Below, piece after piece: positions 57,364-64,000 of a DNA stretch of 64,000 nucleotides; position 1 is the stretch's first letter; each line of letters opens with the position of its first letter. The position numbers and the translations under genes were made by a program. The DNA comes from Kiritimatiellia bacterium. Lineage in GTDB: Bacteria > Verrucomicrobiota > Kiritimatiellia > RFP12 > UBA1067. Where the stretch lies: NCBI GenBank assembly GCA_041673345.1, contig JBAYXX010000004.1, forward strand, positions 4,607 to 68,606, given 5' to 3'. The notes below the pieces were generated by a model. That model was not told the DNA's origin. It saw only the letters and a list, made by a program, of their open reading frames with translations, and ran no database searches.

Positions 57364-58377
57364 TTATTTATGTGCCGAAACCAGCCAATGCGGCATTGGG
57401 GGCGGCACCTGCGTTGTTTCACACCCCTTAAAGCCAGCCTCTTGCAGCCATCCATAAAGCTCTTTGTCTGAAAACACCCAGCCATTCTCAGCCGTCAACG
57501 CCATGTTCACCGCAAAAAGCGCGGAGAACTGTGGCGAGGTATGGCTCTCGTCGGTCATCATATCCAGAATATAGATCACACCGCCAGGCTGAAGGGCGGC
57601 ATAAGCGCGTTTACAAATATCTAAGATCATCGCTGGCGATTCCTGATGCAACGCTCCGAAAATCGTGACCACATCATAGGCCTGCTCGTCGTACACATCC
57701 ACGTGGTAATCCCCTGCGCGACACTCAACTCGCTTCGCCACGCTGCTCTGAGCAACCAAAGTGACTGCTATGCGGGAGATAGCCGGCAGATCAACTGTCA
57801 CACAACTCAACTCTGGATGCGCTTCCGCCATTAAAACCGCATATGTTCCCGGGCCGCCTGCCAGATCAAGCAGACGGCGGCGGCCCTCGAGCTTTAAAAT
57901 CGGTACCACGGAGCGGCCTATTCCCAACGCGCGTCCGTGCATTGACAAGACAAAACGGCTGGTGCGCCCGTCATCGCGTCCGAGATGCCCCTCCGGGTCT
58001 GTCACCGGCTTTCCGCTCTTGACTAGTTGGCTCAAGGCACCCCAGGCTGCATAGACATCCTGATTGTAACGAATGGCCTTGCCCAGATCATGCGGCGATC
58101 CTTTCACCAGCACCGCCCGGGCGGCATCGGTATTGCAATAGAGCTCATCTGTTTTGAGCAGCAGCCCAGTCGCGGCACAGCCGTCTAAGAGCAAGCGCAT
58201 ACCGCGTTTATCCGCCTCACAGCGTTTTGCAATCAGCTCCAATGCCGCACCACCCGCTCCCAGCTGCTCAATTACACTGAAAACATCATGCTCTAGGGCC
58301 GCAAACAAAATGGCCGACCGATAATACGCGCTGGCGCAATCCACAATCCCTTGGACAGAGAGTTCGTTTTCACACAT
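57364..58377 (-). CDS. Class I SAM-dependent O-methyltransferase (Methyltransf_2-like, with N-terminal dimerisation/winged-helix part)
   Basis: 337 aa. SAM motif I LLDLAGGPGTYAVLMAE. Overall layout as in small-molecule O-methyltransferases. Confidence 0.75.
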   Translation of the reverse strand: MCENELSVQGIVDCASAYYRSAILFAALEHDVFSVIEQLGAGGAALELIAKRCEADKRGMRLLLDGCAATGLLLKTDELYCNTDAARAVLVKGSPHDLGKAIRYNQDVYAAWGALSQLVKSGKPVTDPEGHLGRDDGRTSRFVLSMHGRALGIGRSVVPILKLEGRRRLLDLAGGPGTYAVLMAEAHPELSCVTVDLPAISRIAVTLVAQSSVAKRVECRAGDYHVDVYDEQAYDVVTIFGALHQESPAMILDICKRAYAALQPGGVIYILDMMTDESHTSPQFSALFAVNMALTAENGWVFSDKELYGWLQEAGFKGCETTQVPPPMPHWLVSAHK

Positions 58378-58418
58378 TTTACACCTCTTTATTTGGTAAT
58401 ATCATATTACAGAACCGC

Positions 58419-58802
58419 TTACATTTTAACTGCAGGGAACATCGCCTCGTAGTGCGGCATCGGCGCGAAGATCCCACCACTTTTTTTATAGTAATCCGCG
58501 ACCTGATCGAACGCCCCGATTTTCTTGATGTGGTCAATCAGACGCATCAGCGTTTCTTTTTTCTCGTAGCGTCCGTTGGCGTCGAAGTAGTACGGCAATT
58601 TGCCGCTTTTTGTGTACGGTGTGCGGTAGCCGTCGAGCGCCGCGTGAATGGCGCTCACACGCGCCATATCCTTCTCCAGCATCTCCTCCTGCGTGCCCGG
58701 CTGACCAATCTTGATTTTCATAAAGAAGGAGCCTTGCTCCACCTCCGCTTTGATTTCCTTAATCGGAATGTTATAGGCCATCAGCGGAATCGCCACGATC
58801 AT
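58419..58802 (-). CDS. 127-aa ORF resembling only the central barrel segment of an enolase-superfamily (MR/MLE) enzyme; possible gene fragment
   Basis: FFMKIKIGQPGTQEEMLEKDMARVSAIHAAL...LPYYFDANGRY resembles the KxK strand, the D..R..A.R helix and the first metal-ligand strand (vDaNg.y). The N-terminal capping domain and the remaining barrel strands are absent. Its ATG overlaps the upstream stop (ATGA). Confidence 0.4.
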   Translation of the reverse strand: MIVAIPLMAYNIPIKEIKAEVEQGSFFMKIKIGQPGTQEEMLEKDMARVSAIHAALDGYRTPYTKSGKLPYYFDANGRYEKKETLMRLIDHIKKIGAFDQVADYYKKSGGIFAPMPHYEAMFPAVKM

Positions 58803-59743
58803 CTCACAATCCCGTGCTTCGCGTATTGCGACGTAAAGAAATCACATTCGTGTTTCAGCTTGCGCAGCGCGACTGCACGCCGCTCGGCTTCAGGCAACAC
58901 CTGCTCCGCCTTCGTGAACAACTCCCACTCGCAGTGGACCGTAGCCGGACCTTTGACACTAAATTCCTTCACCAACTCAAAATAGCGCTTCCACGGCACA
59001 ACTCCTTCGCCCCCAAACACAACCTTGCGCTGCCGTTTCTCCGCCATCATCCAGCTGAAATCTTTCAGACAGGTGCTACGGATATAAGGTTCGATTAGCC
59101 GCATACCCGTTACCCACGAATCGCTTATTTCAGCAAACGCATGATGGATGTCATACTGACAGCCGATCCACTGCGGGTCCAGCCCCTTGAGCACCGTGTG
59201 CAAATCCCATATCACACCGCCGAAATTACGCTCGCTCATACCTGCGTGGTTCTGGTAACACCCCGTGAGTCCACATGCCCTGTTGAGTTTTTCGAACGCT
59301 TCAAATGTCCCGCGTAACTTTTCAAGTTCGTCCTCAACACTCCGTTTGTCGTCATAGCGAAGATAGCCCATGCGGTAGACCTTGACCCCGCACTGCGCCG
59401 CCGTCTTTAACACGCGATCAGCTAACGGGTCGCTAGCCGAGGCGATCGACGTGACGATCATCTCAATCTTCAACCCTTGTTTGCGTGCGGCTTCGACTGC
59501 CCGCGGCAGATCCTGCTCCACGTTCTCGAGCGAAACATGTCCCTTCGGACGCACGGTCAAGTCGATACCGCCGTAACCGGCCAGCGCGAGCATCTCCGCC
59601 AGCGCATCATAGTCCAGCCACTGAAGTGACTTTGAGAAACAATTCAGAGAGGCTTTCTTTGAAGCCACCTGTGCCCGCGCCGCTTGCGCCAGTGTTCCTC
59701 CAGCCGCCAATGTCACAGTCGTCAAAAAATCTCGTCGTTTCAT
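58799..59743 (-). CDS. Tat-exported xylose-isomerase-like TIM-barrel protein
   Basis: I chose the ATG at 59743, giving the twin-arginine signal MKRRDFLTTVTLAAGGTLAQAARA. Body typical of the sugar phosphate isomerase/epimerase fold (GYGGIDLTVRP..., YQNHAG). Confidence 0.8.
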   Translation of the reverse strand: MKRRDFLTTVTLAAGGTLAQAARAQVASKKASLNCFSKSLQWLDYDALAEMLALAGYGGIDLTVRPKGHVSLENVEQDLPRAVEAARKQGLKIEMIVTSIASASDPLADRVLKTAAQCGVKVYRMGYLRYDDKRSVEDELEKLRGTFEAFEKLNRACGLTGCYQNHAGMSERNFGGVIWDLHTVLKGLDPQWIGCQYDIHHAFAEISDSWVTGMRLIEPYIRSTCLKDFSWMMAEKRQRKVVFGGEGVVPWKRYFELVKEFSVKGPATVHCEWELFTKAEQVLPEAERRAVALRKLKHECDFFTSQYAKHGIVR

Positions 59744-59969
59744 GTTTACCCTTTCTCTAAAAAATCGGACGAATCGAAACAACCGACTGCTTCGATTCTG
59801 TAATGCAGGTTTGGCTTAAGCCAAGGAACAACCCAAATAGCTTCACCATAGCACTAAGATTAACACAAAAATAGTTTACCCATTTCCCCTCCCAAATGCA
59901 ACAGTAAAAAAATTATGTAAAAAAATTATGCTATAATTAAAGTTCGCGACAAAGAGAAGAAAACAAGAA

Positions 59970-60956
59970 ATGAACGAAACCTCAAATAAAAACACCCATG
60001 TCACTTCCAACGGTCTATGGAAGTTCGCTGCTGGCTGCATTGACGCGGCGGTCGCGTTGGGAGTTTTTTTCACCTTTGCCGCGCTTCTGGGCCGGTTTCA
60101 CTGGATGCTTGATATCTTCAGTCAGGTAAAGCAGACACTGGCACTTTGTTTTCTGGGATTCGTGATCTACAAATTCATCTGCGGCAGCTACCGAACAGCG
60201 GCTTTGGCGCTGATCCCGCTAATGCTGAACGCAGTTCCTCCACTGCTTCTATTCCTACCGCAGCAGGCGCGGATTGCACCTAGATCCCCTGTAAAGATTA
60301 GAATTCTGCAAGCCAACGTGCTTTCGTCCAATCACAATTTTGAGGCCCTGCTTGAGTTGATCCAGCAATCTGATCCTGATGTGATTGTGCTGCAAGAAAT
60401 CACCCGACAATGGCTCAGGGAGCTGGTCGTCCTCAAAACAGAGTACCCAGTGAGCGCGGCCTTCCCGCGTGAGGATAATTTTGGTGTGGCAACCTTCTGC
60501 CGATACACCAATGCAACCGCACGAATTCTTTTTCTCAGTGATCCTAACATGCTTCCGCGCTCCCGCGTTGATCTGAGTGTGAACAACAAAACATTGACCG
60601 TCACCGGTGTCCACCTGCTGCCGCCTTTGGGCCACGCTTATTGGAGTGAACGCAACTGGTATGCTGAAAAATTGGCGGCAGAACTGGCCCAGATTGACAA
60701 TGCGCAGATTGTCACTGGCGACATGAACAACGCCCCTTGGGCAGCGCGGTTTAACGATTTCACCAAAGCCAGCGGACTGCTTGACTGCGCCCAAGGCAGA
60801 GGCGCGCTGGCCACTTGGCCAACCTTTCTTCCGCCAGGGTTCCGGCTGCCGCTGGACCACTGCTTTCACTCAAAAGATGTGATTATCACAGCCCGCCGAC
60901 GCGCCTCGAAAATTGGGTCGGATCATTTTCCAATGGTGATCGACGCTGAGTTCTAG
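59970..60956 (+). CDS. Endonuclease/exonuclease/phosphatase (EEP) family protein with N-terminal membrane anchor
   Basis: 328 aa with three N-terminal hydrophobic helices. IRILQANVLSSN..., DVIVLQEI, C-terminal [13 protein letters not shown] (EEP catalytic His motif). Confidence 0.85.
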   Translation: MNETSNKNTHVTSNGLWKFAAGCIDAAVALGVFFTFAALLGRFHWMLDIFSQVKQTLALCFLGFVIYKFICGSYRTAALALIPLMLNAVPPLLLFLPQQARIAPRSPVKIRILQANVLSSNHNFEALLELIQQSDPDVIVLQEITRQWLRELVVLKTEYPVSAAFPREDNFGVATFCRYTNATARILFLSDPNMLPRSRVDLSVNNKTLTVTGVHLLPPLGHAYWSERNWYAEKLAAELAQIDNAQIVTGDMNNAPWAARFNDFTKASGLLDCAQGRGALATWPTFLPPGFRLPLDHCFHSKDVIITARRRASKIGSDHFPMVIDAEF

Positions 60957-62356
60957 CAGGAGTGCCGCCCATCATGCTCTGGCAGATCAATCCCCAGCGC
61001 GCGGATTTTGCGGAAGAGCGTAGTCTTGTGGATCCCCAGCTCTTTGGCAGCCGCCAGGCGATTACCGCCTGTGCGTTGCAGTGCCTCGCGGATGGCCCGT
61101 GCGTCGAGCGCCTCGCGGGCCTCGCGCAGCCCTTTCGCACTGGAACCAACACGGCTGATCCCGAGGCTCGTCAACGTCTCCGGCAGATGGATTAAGTCGA
61201 TGCGCCCTGATCCGCACAGGATAAAAGCGCGTTCAATGATATTCTCCAGCTCGCGCACGTTGCCTGGCCAGCTGTGCGCCATCAACAACGAGAGCGCCTC
61301 AGGCGTGATACCGGCAACTGTCTTGCCCTGCAAGCGGTTGAAATGATCAATGAACTGCTCCACCAGTAACGGGATGTCCTCCTGACGGCTGCGGAGTGGC
61401 GGTAGATCAATGCGCACCACGTTGACCCTGTAATAAAGATCCTCACGGAACGCACCCGTACGACACTCTTCCAAGAGATCGAGGTTGGTGGCAACAATCA
61501 CCCGCACATCCGCCTTCTCGGAGCTTATTGAACCGAGCGGTTCGTAAACGCGTTCCTGAAGCACACGCAGTAACCGCACCTGCAGCGCCGGGCTGATCTC
61601 GCCAATCTCATCGAGAAGCAGCGTGCCGCCCTTGGCTAGCGCGAAACGTCCAGGCTTATCCTTGTTCGCGCCGGTAAAGGCACCCGCCTTGTAGCCGAAA
61701 AGTTCCGACTCCAGCAGTGTATCTGGCAGCGCGCCACAGTTGACAGCCACAAAGGGCCCGCCAGCCCGCGGACTGAGCGAGTGCAGCGTACGCGCCATCA
61801 GCTCCTTACCGGTGCCTGTCTCGCCCTGAATCAGCACCGTGCTGGGGCTCGCCGCAATCGCAGGCAGCACCTCGAACAGTTTCTTCATCGCAGGGCTGTG
61901 ACTGACCAACTCGCCCACACGCACACGCCCTGCCAGCTCGCGGCGCAATGCGTCAATCTCCGAAAGATCACGAAATGTCTCAGCGCCGCCAATCACAACA
62001 CCATCCGCATCCTTGAGCACAGCCGTTGAAATGCTGATTGGAATCCGATCTCCCTCGGCGTTGATGATATAGCCAGATTTACCGATGATCGGACGCCCTG
62101 TTTTTAACGTCTGTTGCAGCGCGCACTCCGTGCCGCACATGCTGGAGCGAAAGACCTCAGCGCAGCGCTGGCCGATCGCCTCCTCGCGCGGCACTCCGGT
62201 GATCTCCTCCGCCGCTCGGTTAAACGAGGTCACGCGCCAATGCTCATCCACAGTAAACACCCCATCCGAAATACTCTCCAAAATCGCTTCAGTGACATTG
62301 AGGTCGCTGGCATGGGTGCTACATTTGGAGGTCAACGGTTTTTTATCAAATTTCAT
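60953..62356 (-). CDS. Sigma-54-dependent transcriptional activator (PAS sensor - AAA+ - Fis-type HTH)
   Basis: 467 aa. PAS-like N-terminus ([30 protein letters not shown]), Walker [22 protein letters not shown] loop, ESELFGY, C-terminal HTH ([16 protein letters not shown]). No receiver domain. Its 3' end overlaps the convergent EEP gene by 4 nt. Confidence 0.93.
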   Translation of the reverse strand: MKFDKKPLTSKCSTHASDLNVTEAILESISDGVFTVDEHWRVTSFNRAAEEITGVPREEAIGQRCAEVFRSSMCGTECALQQTLKTGRPIIGKSGYIINAEGDRIPISISTAVLKDADGVVIGGAETFRDLSEIDALRRELAGRVRVGELVSHSPAMKKLFEVLPAIAASPSTVLIQGETGTGKELMARTLHSLSPRAGGPFVAVNCGALPDTLLESELFGYKAGAFTGANKDKPGRFALAKGGTLLLDEIGEISPALQVRLLRVLQERVYEPLGSISSEKADVRVIVATNLDLLEECRTGAFREDLYYRVNVVRIDLPPLRSRQEDIPLLVEQFIDHFNRLQGKTVAGITPEALSLLMAHSWPGNVRELENIIERAFILCGSGRIDLIHLPETLTSLGISRVGSSAKGLREAREALDARAIREALQRTGGNRLAAAKELGIHKTTLFRKIRALGIDLPEHDGRHSC

Positions 62357-62430
62357 TTCCCTTCAGTATGCTCTTTTTCGGAGTTTTCCTCAAGTCACTT
62401 TTTTGCGACTTTTTTGCGACGGAAGTTTAG

Positions 62431-62466
62431 GATTGTGATTAAGATTAAGATTAAGATTAAGACTAG
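62431..62466. repeat. Hexanucleotide repeat (GATTAA)x4, flanked by degenerate units
   Basis: gattgt gattaa gattaa gattaa gattaa gactag, read directly. It lies between the Sel1 gene and the sigma-54 activator gene. Confidence 0.95.
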
Positions 62467-62490
62467 GAGGGGAAATTCTTTTCCCTCCTA
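62464..62490 (-). terminator. Hairpin overlapping the Sel1-gene stop codon (possible terminator)
   Basis: TAGGAGGGGAAA ttc TTTTCCCTCCTA. On the minus strand it is followed by gtcTTAATCTTAATCTTAATC, which is only moderately U-rich. Confidence 0.4.
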
Positions 62491-63957
62491 ATCGTTGGCC
62501 CAGGTGGAGTAGCCGTTAATGGTCAGCCACTCGGCAGCGCCCACATGGCCGCGCCGCGCTGCGTCCCGGCAAAGTTTGGCCGCGTTAACATGGTTGCAGG
62601 AGACTCCGCGGCCATACTCATACATCATCGCTAAGTTATAGACAGCTTCCACGCAGCCGCCACGCGATGCCTTACGAAACCAGTCGACTGCCATATCATA
62701 GTTCCGGGTGACACTTTCGCCACGTAAATACATCATACCGAGATTGTTTTGCGCCAATGGAAAATCAGCATCCGCTGCAATACGATAGAATTTTTCCGCC
62801 AGCTCGTAATTTTTCTCCAACCCTTTGCCTCGATAGTACATTGTTCCAATCGCATTCACTGCAAAGGAATTCTTTTGTTCCGCAGCTTTTTGATACCAGC
62901 GCAACGCCCGATTATAATCTTGAGGAACCCCCAAACCATCTTCGTACATCTGGCCAATCGCATACCGCGACATAGCGTGTCCCTGAGCGGCTACTCCGCT
63001 AAACCATTCCAGTGCCTGCTTGTAATCCTGCTCCACGCCTTGACCGTCCCGATAGATCACGCCGAGCTTAAAGGCCGCCTCCGGGTGGCCGGCCTGCGCA
63101 GCCTTATGATACCACTGCGAAGCGGCCTCAGGGTCTTGCGTTCCGCCCATCCCGGTTGCAAGCATAAAAGCCAGGTTATACTGTCCATCCGGGTTGCCGC
63201 TCAGCGCTGATTTATGATACCACTGGAGCGCCTGCTGTAAATTTTTTTCAACCCCCCGCCCCTGCTGAAAGAACCAGCCAAGATTGTTCATAGCGTCGGA
63301 GTGCCCTTGAGCAGCGGCACGCTGATAAAGGTGATAGGCCATATCGTCATCCTGCGGCACCCCATGATTCTGAGCATAAAGAGTTCCCAGATTATACTCA
63401 CCAATGGAATTCGCCTGCATGGCCGCCTGACGGAAGTACCCGGCGGCTCTCTCATAGTCCTGCTCAACCCCCTCCCCGCGGTAGTAGACCATGCCCAGCG
63501 CATTCTGCGCCAGAGCACTCCCCTGCTGGGCGGATTTTTCCAGCCAGAAGCGGGCATCCTCTTTGCTATTCAAATTAAATTCGCAATCCAGCCCGATCAG
63601 ATATTGCGCCATAGAATTACCTTCCTCAGCGTGGGTAAGCATATAGATACGCCCCTCTGTGAGGTATTTGTTTTGAAGTTCCCGCGGCAATGCGCAAAGT
63701 GGCTCCTGCTGCGCATAAACTGCCATTAAAAATCTGAAAAACGGTTCGCCGCGCTCAGCCATCAAACGCACTTTAGCCGCCGCCTTTTTGAATTCATTCA
63801 GGCTGCCGGCACTGCGGCTGCTGACAAAAAGGTCCACTGAGTTTTTCAGATCCAATGCGGCTTGATGAGCCGCATTTGGAGCTTCCGCTTCAGTGGCCAT
63901 GCAAAGACCGCAAGCGAAGGTCATGGCGAGTAGAGTTAAAAAATGTTTAATCGACAT
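62488..63957 (-). CDS. Secreted Sel1-like repeat (SLR) protein
   Basis: About 12 tandem ~36-aa repeats with the SLR signature (e.g. AQNALGMVYYRGEGVEQDYERAAGYFRQAA; AMNNLGWFFQQGRGVEKNLQQALQWYHKSA). Signal peptide MSIKHFLTLLAMTFACGLCMA. I chose the ATG at 63957; the track uses a GTG 4 codons upstream. Confidence 0.9.
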   Translation of the reverse strand: MSIKHFLTLLAMTFACGLCMATEAEAPNAAHQAALDLKNSVDLFVSSRSAGSLNEFKKAAAKVRLMAERGEPFFRFLMAVYAQQEPLCALPRELQNKYLTEGRIYMLTHAEEGNSMAQYLIGLDCEFNLNSKEDARFWLEKSAQQGSALAQNALGMVYYRGEGVEQDYERAAGYFRQAAMQANSIGEYNLGTLYAQNHGVPQDDDMAYHLYQRAAAQGHSDAMNNLGWFFQQGRGVEKNLQQALQWYHKSALSGNPDGQYNLAFMLATGMGGTQDPEAASQWYHKAAQAGHPEAAFKLGVIYRDGQGVEQDYKQALEWFSGVAAQGHAMSRYAIGQMYEDGLGVPQDYNRALRWYQKAAEQKNSFAVNAIGTMYYRGKGLEKNYELAEKFYRIAADADFPLAQNNLGMMYLRGESVTRNYDMAVDWFRKASRGGCVEAVYNLAMMYEYGRGVSCNHVNAAKLCRDAARRGHVGAAEWLTINGYSTWAND

Positions 63958-64000
63958 AATCAGGCACACTCCTAAAAAATTTCTTCTGCATCCTATCTAA

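Noticed and set aside
60953-60956. 4-nt overlap of the convergent EEP and sigma-54 activator gene ends
   Set aside because: Short convergent 3' overlaps are common in compact genomes, and there is no additional structure suggesting antisense regulation.

Overview
This is a 64-kb chromosomal segment from a Gram-negative bacterium. It probably belongs to the PVC superphylum (Lentisphaerota/Kiritimatiellota/Verrucomicrobiota-like). That placement is an inference from four things: a prepilin-type 'GFTLIELLVVIAIIG' protein with a C-terminal FADGHV motif, Tat-signal xylose-isomerase-like TIM barrels, Gfo/Idh/MocA oxidoreductases, and QW-motif toroid proteins. Housekeeping genes present: hisS (partial), HU/IHF, proS, leuS, htpG, asd, fabH, htrA/degP. 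Other content: two RND tripartite efflux operons, each preceded by a TetR-family gene, with different gene orders; a pseudopilin followed by a ~1850-aa secreted multi-beta-sandwich protein; several sugar-isomerase/oxidoreductase/methyltransferase genes; a PAS sigma-54 enhancer-binding protein; and a Sel1-repeat protein. The most interesting locus is 36.7-47.9 kb. It reads two TPR proteins, ExbB/TolQ, ExbD, ExbD, a membrane-anchored protein, a LolC/E-LolD ABC pair, and then a second copy of the anchored protein. That anchored protein has TonB/TolA-like topology, but its periplasmic domain carries squalene-cyclase-type QW motifs instead of a TonB or TolA C-terminal domain. The second copy came from a segmental duplication that still carries a 54-nt relic of the exbD 3' end. 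I propose this as a candidate uncharacterised proton-motive-force-coupled envelope system. The second striking property is that nearly every long intergenic spacer is filled with a mosaic of recurrent palindromic and tandem modules (BIME/REP-like). These include a 188-bp unit arrayed about 2.7 times, a 115-bp element with terminal inverted repeats, a 48-bp perfect-type palindrome, and several microsatellites. ORF-track entries inside these repeats are artefacts. I recognised no rRNA, tRNA, CRISPR array, or intact transposase/integrase, only a 41-codon remnant of an Rpn/PD-(D/E)XK recombination-nuclease gene. All family assignments come from motif reading by eye. No database search was run.
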